A stretch of 64,000 bases of DNA from Scyliorhinus canicula (lineage: Eukaryota), in the NCBI RefSeq assembly GCF_902713615.1, contig NC_052147.1:116242552-116306551 (forward strand). The letters run 5' to 3'. Under the pieces are notes generated by a model, which was not told where the DNA came from, did no database searches, and was given only the letters and a program-made list of their open reading frames with translations. Positions 24,966 through 37,744 of the stretch are shown piece after piece. The position numbers were made by a program, and so were the translations under genes. How positions within the stretch are numbered: the stretch's first letter is position 1; each line of letters begins with the position of its first letter.

Positions 24966-25600
24966 CCTCACTGAGCTAGCAGCTCTAGCTGCAGCATCTT
25001 CTGCAGGAAGGAGCTAGAGACCTGAACTGTCAATCATTATCCTGGGACCGGAAGGAGTTGGAGCCCTGAGCTGTCACTCACTCTCCCCGGGAGACCGGAA
25101 GGACCCGAGGCCTGAGCTGTCAATCATTCTCCCGGGACCGGAAGGACCTGAGGGCTGGGCTGTCAATCACTTTCCTGGGGCCGGAAACCTGAGACGATCA
25201 TGCGTCTGGGGCCGGAAGGAGCTGAAACAACAGCCCCCAGAATGCCTTGGCCCTTCCAAGGCCCGGTCCGTCAGTTACTCACTACCCCCCCCCCCCCCCC
25301 CCCCAAGGGTCAGGCCCGGTCCGTCCTATTCTCCCTTCCCCCCCCAAGCCCAGGATCAGTCCGGGTCCGTCTCCATCACCCCCCACCCCCGGTGACTGCC
25401 TCTCTGGAGGGGAAATAATAAAGTGAAGTAATGGCGAACGCGCCAAAGCAGGATGCTGGATAAACGTGCCTGTTTTGAGGGTCTGGGTGAATGAAGTCAG
25501 GTGATTGCGGAAGGAGGAGCCGGAAGCCTGCGGGATGTTGCTGTAGCTGCTGCTGGTTTTCCCCTCAGAGTCAATCCCGTTGTTTAAAATCATCCCCGAG
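24966..25600. promoter_or_regulatory. GC/CpG-rich bidirectional promoter and 5' UTRs shared by RDH12 and VTI1B
   Basis: Divergent ATGs at 24965 (-) and 25601 (+); CGGAA ETS cores near 25048, 25095, 25138, 25181, 25212, 25507, 25520; YY1-like ATGGCG at 25431. Confidence 0.8.
25021..25222. repeat. Degenerate 43-46 bp tandem repeat (4 units plus a partial fifth) in the promoter
   Basis: Unit consensus about CCTGAGCTGTCAATCA(TTCT)CCYGGGACCGGAAGGACCTGAGG. Confidence 0.9.
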
Positions 25601-25697
25601 ATGTCTTCCGAGGACTTTGAGAAGCTGCACGAAGCGTTCGGTAGTGTTTATGAGGATTTGAGGCGCCAGTGTGAGCAGCTGTCCGCGTATTCGGGAG
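25601..25697 (+). CDS. VTI1B: VTI1B coding exon 1
   Basis: MSSEDFEKLHEAFGSVYEDLRRQCEQLSAYSG G|gtgagg. Confidence 0.92.
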
Positions 25698-28600
25698 GTG
25701 AGGGAGATGCTGCTTTTTGTTTATGGCGGAGGCTTTTCAACTTGGACAGCCCATGTCAAATACCATGTCTGAGGTACTGAATCTAGAACATGCTGACTGG
25801 ACTCCACTTATAGCTTGGCTTCTACTCTATGTTCAAATGTACAAATTGATGAACTGTGACAACATTCAGGAGGCCCTATGGAGGCTCTCTCTCTCTCCAG
25901 TAGACAAATTTCTTTTCTCTGCTACAAACCATCTCTCTCTTTATTCTCTACCTCACCAACCCACCTCCTCATAACATCACGTGTGGACTGTGAGAAACCT
26001 AGAAATCTCCAAACTTCCGCTTGTCTACTCTTTGTCCACCGTGGCTATCTCCAATCTTAACTGCTGTTTGTAACAGTTTTTCCAGATCCATCTCTCCTGG
26101 GAAACCTATTTATGGCTGCCTGATCCCCATATCAATCAGCTTTTGACCATATAGGGACAGGCCATTTAGCTCATCGAAGTGGGCAGCACGGTAGCATGGT
26201 GGTTAGCGTCAATGCTTCACAGCTCCAGGGTCCCAGGTTCGATTCCCGGCTGGGTCACTGTCTGTGTGGAGTCTGCACGTCCTCCCCGTGTGTGCGTGGG
26301 TTTCCTCCGGGTGCTCCGGTTTCCTCCCACAGTCCAAAGATGTGTGGGTTAGGTGGATTGGCCAGGCTAAATTGCCCTTAGTGTCCTAAAAAATAAGGTT
26401 AATGGGGATTGTTGGGTTACTGGATACGTGGGCTTGAGTAGGGTGATCATTGCTCGGCACAACATCGAGGGCCGAAGGGCCTGTTCTGTGCTGCGCTGTA
26501 CTGTTCTAAAAAAAAAGGAAGTCTGCTCCCCCAATTTAATGTGATTATGCCTTTTTCCCACACCATGTCATTAGCAATTAGACATCTGTCAGTCTCTACT
26601 TTAAATACACTCTGACTGAGCGTCCACAACCTTCTGGGGTAGAGAATTCCAAAGATTCACAACCCTGTATGTAAATAAATTTATCTTATTTTATAATTGT
26701 GCCATCTGGTTCTAGACTCTACAACCAGGGCAAACATCTTACTGCATCTACCCTACCTATTCCTTCATTACCACTATTAAAGCCCAGTACTTACTGACAT
26801 CAACTGTTTCTTTTCCTGGATGCACACTGACAGTCTCTGACTGGTGGTACATAATCACTTCTTAACCATTCCAGCCTTTGGCACAGCCAATCACATCATC
26901 TATCTCCATTGCTTGTCTGAGTTGGACTGCCCTCGCATGCCTCCATTCTTCTCTATGCAACCATGCCAGAATATCTCTACTAATTACATCTCTTCTCACC
27001 CCTTTGCTGTTACCCTTAAGAATCCATCTGTGGCCCCTTATGATTCTGCATCCACTTGCTTCTATTTGGTAATTTAACACCATGGGATCATTATAGGTAC
27101 ACCACATTCCATTCTCACCATTTCACTTAACCCCTGTGTGCCTGGGCTGTCAGAATTTCTGATATTCAATCTTAGACGAGCAATATTTTCTAATTTCCTC
27201 TGGAAAGTCAAAGCAACCTTCTTGTGTCCCCCCAAATGGACATCAGCTCTCTCTTTGTTATTAACTCCATCCCTAGATATTTTCTCCAGCCAAACTAGGT
27301 TCCAACCAGATGAGTGGTTCCAACCACTCCATACCATTTTCAAAAAATCATCTGATTCCACCTCTACTATTATGTCACGTCTTCACACCATCACAGCAGA
27401 TCCATAGTGATAATTGTATCTTTAGTGTGTTAAAACTTCCCAAGGCATCACAGGAGCAAAAATGACATGGAGACATATGATCAATATGGAGACATAAGGA
27501 CAGATGATCAAATGCTTGATCAAAGGGGTAGATTTCAAACATCTGTGCCTTTTACCCCCAGAGTTGAGTATTACAGCATAATGCTGGCTGGTTTGCCATC
27601 TTTCACCTTTGAGATCATGTGGAACAATGGAGCCTGAATCCTGTCCAGTGGATCTCAAACTTTCCCAGTTGTAAGACTTATTTTCAAATGTATTAATAAG
27701 CACAGATTTCCTTCCCTTTTTCTAAATGATAATATATAAGTATGGGAGTATTGCATGTAAAGAGTATTTTAATTGTTTTAGGAAAATGGGTAGGGAGGAG
27801 GAGGTCATTGAGAGGATAGGAGCCTCGAGAAAGCACCAGGGAAGCAGGCAGAGAGCTGGAAAACTGGGGAATTAAATTAAAGTATCTATGGAGCTGGAGC
27901 ATGGGAGGGCACCATGGGAGGAGGAGCAATAGCAGGGTGGTACAAGGAAAATTCACAAAGGGAGCATGGGTGGCTGGCTGAGTGGGGGTGGGGCTGAGTA
28001 CGAGCATGGATGGGGTGGGATTGGGGAAGAGCATGGGTGTGGTTAGGGAGGAACATGGGGATGAGAGTGGGGGGAGCACAGGTGGGATGGGGTGGGGGGA
28101 GCACAGGTTACGTGGGGGGGCAATCACTCCAATGGCTGTCACTCACTCGCTCTTCACCATGGCACTCTTGGCAGTCACCCAGATGGTAACGCTAGCCCTA
28201 CATTGTACATCCGCTGCAAGGTCGCTGCACTTAGGTCTCCCTGCATCACAGTTTGAGAATCACTATCTTATTCTGCATCAAATCCTTATTTGGCAGTGTT
28301 CTCTGATCTACATTGGCTGCCGATCTTGCAACACCTTAAATTTAAAATTCTCATCTTATTGTTTAAATTATTCTCTTCCTAGCTCTAACACCACCAGTGC
28401 CGCAACGTAATCTCACCACCGTCTGCTGATAGGTCTACAAAATTATGAGGGGCACAGGTCTTTTGAATGATGAGGGACTAGACAGAGTGGATAGTCAGAG
28501 ACTTTTTCCCAGGGAAGAGGGGTCAATTACTAGGTGGCATAGGTTTAAGGTGCGAGGGGCAAGATTTAGAGGAGATGTACGAGGCAAGTTCTTTACACAG

Positions 28601-31600
28601 AGGGTAGTGGAGGTCTGGAACTCGTTGCCGGAGGAGGTGGTGGAAGCAGGAACGATAGTGACATTTCAGGGGCGTCTTGACAAATACATGAATAGGATGG
28701 GAATAGAAGGATACGAACCCCGGAAGTGCAGAAGATTTTAGTTTAGACGGGCAGCATGGTCGGCGTTGGCTTGGAGGGCTGAAGGGCCTGTTCCTGTGCT
28801 GTACTTTTCTTTGTTCTTTGATTCCAATCTCTTATGCATTGCCCATGTTTTGCTGCAGTTAGTGGTGTTGTGCTGCAGTCCGTGGAGTAGGTACACCCAT
28901 AGTGCTGTTAGGGAGGAAATTCCAGGATTAACCCAGCGACAGTGAAACAATAACAAGATATTTCCAAGCCAGGATGGTGTGAGACTTGGAGGGGAACTTC
29001 CAGGTGGTGGTGCTTGCATGCACCTGTGGCCCTTGTCCTTCTAGGTGTTAGAGATCGCAGGTTTGGAAGGTGCTGTCGAAGGAACCTTGGTGAGTGCATC
29101 TTGTAGATGGTGCACATGGCTGTCACTGATCGTCAGTGGTGGAGGGAGTGATCATTTCAGGTGGTGGATGGGAATGCCAATCAAACAGGCTGCTCTGACT
29201 CCTCTCTCTGTTTCTCACCTAAATAGACTTATCTGAAATGGCAACTGTCCTTTTTTAAAAATAAATTTAGAGTACCCAATTCATTTTTTTCCAATTAAGG
29301 GACAATTTAGCGTGGTCAAACCACCTAGCCTGCACATCTTTGGGTTGTGGGGGTGAAACCCACGCAAACACGGGGAGAATGAGCAAACTCCACACAGACA
29401 GCGACCCAGAGCCGGGATCGAACCTGGGACTTCAGCGCCATGAGGCAGCAGTGCTAACCACTGTGCCACTGTGCTGCCGGAAATGGCACCTGTCCTGCCC
29501 CAGCGCCTCTTCCCTGCTGCTGAAATACAAAACCAGCATCTCCTCACATGCTCCAATTTACCTCTTGGCCAATTGTGCTCCGTGTTTGATTTTTAAACCC
29601 AATCTCTACCTGAAATCATATGTATTTATATGACTGCCTCAGAAACCTGGACAATAAGCAAATATCCGTGGGAAAAAAACAGGCCTTTGAAACGTAGGTG
29701 CTAAGTCATGTGTTTAAAATTCCACATGACAAATGAAGAGGTGCTTGAAATTGGAAGAGAAAAAACAAACTCTTTAAAAGTGACACCCAGAAAAGAAAAT
29801 AGCAGTATTTTAGTCCTTTGATCAGCGCTGAAAACCTTCTCCGATCTCTTCTAGAGGGGGCAGAAAGAGGAGTCGACCTAAATGTAGTTAGGATGTGTGA
29901 GGATGATGCAGGACAAATAAGCTTGACATATCATGACTGCAGATGTCCTGGCAGGTGTAGCTACAAGCACAGCAGCAATGTCTGTGTCTCAGGCACTAAA
30001 AGGAAAAGTACAGAAATTGGAGGCTGTATTAAAAAGAGAGAATTATGGAAATATGCCAAGTGTATCAGTACCTCCAAAGAGATAAAATGGTTAGATCTTT
30101 TGTTGTACTCTAAATTCCTTATGTTGCGACACTTTTTAAAATGGTATAATGTACTTACTTCAGTGTTTACTGTAAATCTCTCTCTGCTTTTTTGGTGTTT
30201 TTGTACATTGTTGATGAAGTCCATGAAGAGGTGGAGAAGGACAGATTTGATAGCAGTGGGACTAAGATGGGGGATGATGCACATTTCAGGAAGGCAACAC
30301 AAAGAAGCCCATACAAAGTTTTACGGGCAGGTCCGAGGTCAGCGATAGATTCCTTTCCTTTCTAACAAATTCCACTTCAATTACTGTCCATGATGGGAGA
30401 GTTAAGGCAACAATCACTTGCATTTTATTTGCCGTTGATGGACTAAAATATAATGGTTTTGTAAGTCTGATGCATTTTTCCAAAAATTGGCCTAATGTGA
30501 ATTATGAGGAAACAAAGCCTTGTGTGCATACTGCCTCAATAGATAAATCCATGTCCCATGAGAAATAAGTACTGATATTAGTTCAGACGGTCAGATTAAA
30601 ATGAAAGAAAGCTGGATTTTGTGAGGGTTAAATCAATGTAGCATTTAGTGATGCCACAGATGTGATATCACAATAAATAAAACAAACACTGGTTCAGTTG
30701 TACTTGTGACAGAAATACAAAGGGGAAATCTAGCCCTGTTTAAACAGCAAGCATATTTCGTTTTGGCCACACTCTCAACTAAAACTGTTAAATCACAACT
30801 GTGTCTTGAATCTGTCTTGGTGTAGTGTCCTAGGCCCAACCATCTTCAGCTATTTCATCGATTGCCAGGAATTGAACTGGACTAGCTATATAAATATGGT
30901 GACTACAAAAGCAGTTTAGAGGCTAGGAATCCTTTTTTAAAATTTAGAGTTCCCAATTCCTTTTTTCCAATTAAGGGCCAATTTTAGCATGACCAATCCA
31001 CCTAGCCTGCACATTTTTTGGGTTGTGGGGGCGAAACCTACGCAAACACGGGGAGAATGTGTAAGTGTCACACGGACAGAGGCTGGGAATCTTGCGGCGA
31101 GTAGCTAATCTCTTGACTCCACAAAGCTTGTCCGCCATCTTTTTTTAAATTTGGTCATGGGATGTGAGCATTGCTAGGCCATCATTTATTTTCCATCCCT
31201 GAGGCATTTAAGAGTCAACCACATTGCTATGGATCTGGAGTCACATGTAGGCCAGATCAGATAAGGATGGCCGATTTCCTTCTCTAAAGGACATTTGTGA
31301 ACCAGATGGGTTTATACGACGGTCATCCTCAGACTTTTAATTCCAAATTGTTTTTTTAATGAATTCAAATTTCACCACTGCCATGGCGGGATTCAAACTT
31401 GGGTCCCCAAAGCATGACTCTGGGTCTCTGGATTACTAGTCTAGTGACAATACCACTACGCCACTGCCTCCACAATGGTAACCCTAAAAATGTTGAGAGT
31501 GGGGGATTCAGTGATGGTAATGCCATTGAATGTCAAGGGGAGATGGTTAGACTTTCTATTTTTGGAGATGGTCATTGCCTGGCACTCGTGTGACGCAAAT

Positions 31601-34600
31601 GTTACTTGCTACCTTTTAGCCCAAGCCTCTATATTGTCCAGATCATGCTACATTTGGACAGGGATTGGGGCTTTATTATCTGATGAGTTGCAATGGTGCT
31701 GAACATTGTGCACAAGTCAGGAGTGTAATGGAATACTCTCCAATTGCCTCGATGAGTGCAGCTCCAACAACACTTAGGAAGCTCAACACCATCCAGGACA
31801 AAGCAGCCTGCTTGATTTTTTTTCTTCACAGAGCATTTCCCCATCTGGAATAACGCACTATCAAAATGTGACATGTTGATGCAGTTTTTCTTTTAAATAA
31901 TAGTGCTACCGTGATTTGGTCTTTTTAATGCACTGAATAATTTTTGTGACATTGCAACAGATTTTGTCCTGGCTTTCTACTGTCTGCACACTGATGAAAC
32001 TTAATGGGAAACTCCTTCTTTAGTAATGATAGGATCAGCCTTTTTATTTATATCCTATTGTGTTGATATGCATCACTGTATATACACCAACATCTGGGGC
32101 TGGTTTAGCACTCTGGGCTAAATCGCTGGCTTTGAAAGCAGACCAAGGCAGGCCAGCAGCACGGTTCAAATCCCATACCAGCCTCCCCAAACAGGCACCG
32201 GAATGTGGCGACTAGGGGCTTTTCACAATAACTTCATTGAAGCCTACTTGTGACAATAAGTGATTTTCATTCATTTCATTTCATTTCATTTCATACACAA
32301 GGGGTTAATGTAAATACACAACTAAGTAACCACTAGAGGGAGCACCAGAGTTGTCATGACATGCAGACATACAGCTAATGGATTATTACAACCAATGGTT
32401 AATCAGGACGCCCAGGGGTGGCATTACCACAAGGGGGCACTTCACAGCCCATATAAAAGGACAGGGCACACATGCTCTGCCTCTTTCCACAGACAGACAT
32501 CTAGAGAATATATCAGGGTTGATCAACAGCATCACACCCAGCACGTGGCTTAGAGCAGGCTGGTAAAGATAGACTGAGTTATGACAGTTAGATTAGCAGA
32601 GAGTCGAAGTCATGTAAGAACTGTGTTAATAGTTCAATAAACAAGTTGAACTCATTTCATAGTCTGGAGCTTCCTTTGTCAAAGCATACATCAAGGAAGC
32701 AGCTTATGCTACACAAAGCAGCATAACGCAACACCTATCACACTCTATTTTGAATGTATTTCTCTCCTGCTCTTTAGTGCAGTATTAAATGGATGCGAAG
32801 ATACACTGGCAATTTGCCAGCTTAAAAGAATGGACCTTGCAAGCAATTGATAGCTTGCCTCTTTATCTAAATCTTCCTCTTCCTCCCTTTGGGTAATTCC
32901 TTTTTGCTATCTCCTGTTGACAAGTTAAATGAGTTTGGGGACTCTTCAGAATCCAGGTAGAGCAGGTAGCTTATCATTCCCCACCCGGCAGTGCTTCCAT
33001 ATATATACCAGCTTAATCCGCCGAGACCACAGCAGTTGTGTAAGTAATGGACTTGCAGGAGATATAACATTAATGGAACACATGGCCTTAATTTTCCAGT
33101 GCTGCTCACATGAACTCAAATAAAAATGGAATTTTTTTCTGAATTTAATGTCAAAGCCATTTTCTTCAATGGCTCAAGGACAACAAGCGAATTTAAACCA
33201 AGACTTTACAGCCCTTCACGCCGGTGGGATTTCCGGTTCCGCTGATCACGTCCCTGTGGTGGAGGGTGTGAGCCACGCGCGGAATGCCGGTGACATTGGT
33301 GGATGGTGCGATCCTGCCGGAGACCAATAACGAGCCGCCTCCACCATCGGAAAACACGTCGCCAGGGTGGGGGAATCCCGCCCTTTGGCTTATTAACGAC
33401 TGGGGTGGAACTGGAAAACCCTATTAGAATTATGCCAACTCATTATTTACTGTAATTTGTCTTCCATTTGATGTTTTGCAGAACAGAAGAAAAGGTTTAT
33501 TCGAGAAATAGATGAAAAAGCCGATGAAGCAAATGAGGTCGTAAGTACGCTGAAGGGGAGAGTTGTAAGAAAATCTTCTTTGGGACAGTTGAAGTGTGAT
33601 GTCTTATTAGACAGGGGAGGCAGTGTTGTAGTGGTATTGTCACTGGACTAGTAATCCAGAGACTCAGGGTAATGGTCTGGGGACCCAGGTTCAAATCCTG
33701 CCTTGGCTGATGGTGAAATTTGAATTCAATAATGAAATCTGGAATTAAAAATGAATGATGACCTTGAAACCATTGTCGATTGTCGTAAAATCTCATCTGG
33801 CTCATTAATGGGTGGCACAGTGGTTAGCACTGCTGCCTCACAGCTCTAGGAACCCGGGTTCAATTCCGGCCTCGGGTGACTGTGTGGAGTTTGCACTTCC
33901 TCCCCGTGTCTGCGTGGGTTTCCTCCAGGTGCTCCAGATTCCTGGCCACACAAAATTGCTCATTGGAGTCCAAAAGGTTAACTGGGGTTACGGGGATAGG
34001 GTGGAGGCATGGGCTGAAGTAGAGGGCTCTTTCTATGAGCCTGTGCAGACTCAATGGGCCAAATGGTCTCCTGCACTGTAATTTCCATGATTCTATGACC
34101 CTAGCAACTTTCAAAACTGTGTGCATTGACTGGTTTACTGGACAAATCAGATTGCAAAATAGTTTAATTTATCAGGGAACGCCAGGAACATCTATTATTT
34201 TATAATTTGCACCCTTCATTGCTGCATGCTTTTATTTCCAGCTGGATGGGATGGAAAAGGAAATAAAGAACGCACCACCTGCGTATCGTAATCAGATGAA
34301 TATACAAATTCGTTCGTACAGAAAAAATGTGAGCAAGTTACAGCGGGATGTTAGAAGCAATGACATTGGATATGGAATGCATAGTGATGTTAAGTACACT
34401 GTGTACAATGCTGAAAATGAACAAAGTGTAAGTATTGCAACTAAAAAAATATTGTTGTAGCAACTGCGTTCTCTTCTAACCAATGAGAATTGAAATATAA
34501 ATCCAGTTCTGTACACAAGAACACCAGAAACAGGAGTCGGCCATTTGGCCGATAAGAGACTGTTCCACCATTCAATAGTCATGGATGATTTTGGACTTCA

Positions 34601-37600
34601 GCGCCATTTTCTCCTCTTCCCTCCCCCACCCCCTCCCCCTCCCCATATCCCTCGATTTGCTAGGACACCACAAATGTGTATCCCAGCTTAAATATATTGA
34701 ACGATGGAACATCCTCGCACTTCTGGGGTAGATAATTTCAAAGATTCACAACCCTTTGGGTGGAGTAATTTCTCTCAGTCCTAAATGATTGGCGTCCTTA
34801 TCCTGGGTCTGTGCCCCCGTGTATTAAATTCCATGACCAGTGGTAACGACCTCTCCGCGTCCACCCTATCAAATCTTGTATGTTTCAATGAGATCGTCTA
34901 GGTGTAATATAACATGGTGTATCACAAATAAGAATATTTGGTTCACATTCGAGTTAACATTGAACTTACTACACAAATGTCTATTAATTTTTATTAGCAA
35001 ATTGTAAAGCTCAGAAGCAATGGAATTAGTTGAAGGGTCAACTTATTTAATCTATTTGTTGTCCCAAGACCTCTATATCAGCATATTGTAGGTGACATCT
35101 AAAACATTTTTCCTTAACTTTGTAATTGTCCCTATGTTGCTCTTTAATGTTTGTTTCTTCCACCAGCCACCTTAGTGGGCTCTTTAATTGTGATTTAGTT
35201 CCATATCAGTTTGGACTATTCTGTGCTGTGAAGCTTGACCCTATTCCTTGTGGATTACTTGTAGCATGCAGAGAGATGTGGCTTCCCTTAATCTGGGCTG
35301 GATTCCCAGCAGCCAACATGCTTCCTGATCAGTTCCTCTTGTTCAGTTTTCCAGCATTGCTTTCCAATATGCTAAAATTTAATCAAACAGAAACAAAATG
35401 CTGTGTTTGGTTGTGGGTTGTTTTGGGGGGTCACTGGAGAAGGGGAGGGGAGGAAGTATTTTGTTTGTTCTTTTAAGGTCAGATAGGTCTGCAATTGCAT
35501 CATTCTCTAAAGGTCAGGTGAAAACATGTACATCAGATTCGGGGTGGGACATTTTGTGAAGTAAACAACTGACTTGCCAGTGGCAGAATATATCCTGTGA
35601 CTCTCTGAAACCTTTCAAATTTTTGCCAAATTCACTTCGCCACAAGATCTAAAGCTGTCTCTAGTATCTAGTTCTTTGTTAAAATAGCTCAAACCTAATT
35701 CTGCTTTAAACTCAAACATTTTCTCTTTTCCAGAATTACTCATCTTCTCAGCGTGCTTTGCTTTTGCAAGGAACAGACAGTCTCAACAGAGCTACCCAGA
35801 GTATAGACCGTTCTCATAGGATAGCAGCGGAGACTGATCAGATAGGTTCAGATATAATCGAGGAACTTGGTGGGCAACGTGAGCAACTGGAACGTTCAAA
35901 AGATAGGGTGAGTTCTCATTGTCAAAAGTGTGTGTGTACGAAGTGTGTTTTGGTGAGAAATATGAGACAATAATACCCCCCTGTCTGAAAACTTTACACA
36001 GGATAATTTGAAATTTTGTTCCCTTTTTTGCTGTTCATACTTTTTGTTTTCATTTCCAAGCTAATAAACACAGGTGAGAATCTGAGCCGGAGCCGCAAAA
36101 TGCTGCGTGCCATGTCCAGAAGGTAAGTTTTCCAGAAATCTGTTAGCCACAAAACACCATTACTGCTGCACTGGGTGCACATTGGAGTGTCATTCAACAA
36201 CTACCAATGACCAAGGTCCTAAGCTCTGGAATTGGCTCTCCAATCTCTTCTTTTAAGCTTCTCCTTAAAGCCCACTTCTCTACCAAGCATTCGGTCATGT
36301 TCCCTAATCTCAGTGTTTACAATTGGTAAATCTTGTACAATAAGCCAAGAACTAGCATTTCTGTAACTCTTTTAATCAGATCCCATCTAAGGTGAGGGAG
36401 ATATTTTCACTGAATAGCATAATCAGCCTGTGAAAGTTGAAGGTTAACAGTGAGAGGGTTAATAATAAATTATTAGGTCCCGCGTGGGACTGGAATAACT
36501 AAGTCTAAGTTAGGAATAATGAATTGAGGAGCTGGACTGATGGAGCTGCGTTCATTTCCTGCTAGCAATACCTTAACTTAAGCCATGTATGCAGTTGTTT
36601 TCCTCAAGGGTGTCGAATGAATAAATGCGCATGCATTAAGCACTAGCTAGATGACAATTTAAACTTGCTGCTTCTCTATTTTAATTTGGATTCCAGGGAA
36701 TTGGCATTAAATCCTGCTCCCTCTGATTTGGAGGAATGAAGACAATGAAGCTGGCTTCCAATGGTGGTTTCATGGGATCTGATTAAAGGGGTTACAGAAA
36801 TGCAAGTTCTTGGCTTTTTGTACAAGATTTCTCAATTGTTAACACCGAGATTAGGGAAGATGGCCACATGCTTGGTAGAGGAGTGGGTTTTAAAGAGAAG
36901 CTTAAAAGAATAGATTGGGGAGTCAATTCCAGAGCTCAGGACTGTAGCCCATTAATAGTTGTTTCTCTTTCCACACGGAGTGGTGTGCAAGGCAGACTTT
37001 CCAGGTTGTTCTTGGAACCGGTCTCCAAGGGCTTATAGCTTGAGGGGCACCACTCCAAATCAAGGAAGGTTGACCAGGAGTCACTCCTGCTCTTACGGCC
37101 AGCCATTGGCATCTTCCTCAGCCTCCAGTGGGATTCCAATCTGGAGCTTTCTTAGAAATGGAAAATGAAAATCGCTTGTCATGAGTAGGCTTCGAATTAA
37201 GTTACTGTGAACCGCCCCTAGTCGCCACATTCTGGCGCCTGTTCGGGGAGGCTTGCCTTGGTCTGCTTTCAAAGCCAGTGATTTAGCCCAGTGAGCTAAA
37301 CACAGAGGCAGGCACACTGTCCATTAATAAAGGAGGATTGAAATTGGGGATTTGAAAGAATGGTTGGAGTGGGTTAGGGTTCTGGGAACCGGATGAGAAT
37401 TTTAAAATTAAACCATTGCTTAACCTGGTGCTACTCTTGGAACAGGAGCAGACGAGTGGGCAAGACTGAAGACAATCCACAAAGACTTGGAGGAGCAGTG
37501 TGTATAGAGAAAGTTTTGGTAGAAAAGTTTGAAATATTAAATGAGTGCTTGTTGTTCCTGCTCCAAAGGTCAAGATCTTTCCCTCTTTCGTGTGTTTGGA

Positions 37601-37744
37601 AGAGTAGAAATTAGATAAATTTCTGACCTTTTTGTTTTGATCTTTAGGGTTATGACAAACAAGTTGCTACTGGGTATCATCATCATTTTGGAAGTGGCGA
37701 TTCTGGCAGCTGTTGTATATTTCAAGTTCTTCCGCAAACATTAA
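25601..37744 (+). CDS. VTI1B: Vesicle transport through interaction with t-SNAREs 1B (Qb-SNARE), 6 coding exons, 224 aa
   Basis: Exons 25601-25697, 33482-33540, 34242-34427, 35734-35907, 36061-36122, 37648-37744 (675 nt), GT-AG and in phase. MSSEDFEKLHE start, SNARE motif QRALLLQGTDSLNRATQSIDRSHRIAAETDQIG, C-terminal TM LLLGIIIILEVAILAAVVYFKFFRKH. Confidence 0.96.
28430..28821 (+). mobile_element. CR1 LINE 3' fragment
   Basis: GLDRVDSQRLFP..FTQRVVEVWNSLPEEVVEA; tail GGGCCTGTTCCTGTGCTGTAC..TTGTTCTTTG. Confidence 0.85.
32059..32733 (+). mobile_element. Solo LTR with nested SINE (about 32096-32291)
   Basis: TGTGTTG...CAACA, TSD CCTAT (32054-32058, 32734-32738), TATAAAA near 32452, AATAAA near 32636. 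Confidence 0.85.
32096..32291 (+). mobile_element. Second tRNA-like SINE family with (TTTCA)n tail (also 37162-37300, 39158-39323, 44992-45100)
   Basis: GGGGCTGGTTTAGCAC..GGTTCAAATCCC..GGAATGTGGCGACTAGGGGCTTTTCAC..GCCTACTTGTGACAATAAG(TTTCA)n. Confidence 0.8.
33482..33540 (+). CDS. VTI1B: VTI1B coding exon 2
   Basis: cag|(E)QKKRFIREIDEKADEANEV|gtaagt; 59 nt. Confidence 0.92.
34242..34427 (+). CDS. VTI1B: VTI1B coding exon 3
   Basis: LDGMEKEIKNAPPAYRNQMNIQIRSYRKNVSKLQRDVRS...AENEQS|gtaagt; 186 nt. Confidence 0.94.
35734..35907 (+). CDS. VTI1B: VTI1B coding exon 4
   Basis: NYSSSQRALLLQGTDSLNRATQ...QREQLERSKDR|gtgagt; 174 nt. Confidence 0.95.
36061..36122 (+). CDS. VTI1B: VTI1B coding exon 5
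   Basis: aag|LINTGENLSRSRKMLRAMSR AG|gtaagt; 62 nt. Confidence 0.93.
37648..37744 (+). CDS. VTI1B: VTI1B last coding exon (TM anchor)
   Basis: tag|G VMTNKLLLGIIIILEVAILAAVVYFKFFRKH-TAA; 97 nt. Confidence 0.95.

Noticed and set aside
25021-25222. Repeat-spacer-like periodicity suggestive of a CRISPR array
   Set aside because: Units are homologous along their whole length with no unique spacers; eukaryotic context and no cas genes.
29235-29251. Same 10-mer GAAATGGCAA in the TSDs of two SINE insertions (29235 and 41189)
   Set aside because: The SINEs are in opposite orientations, so the nick sites differ; treated as coincidence.
29818-30348. 176-aa ORF in VTI1B intron 1
   Set aside because: TTG start, no recognisable domain, no splice support; likely chance or decayed repeat. 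A BLASTP/HMM hit would change this.
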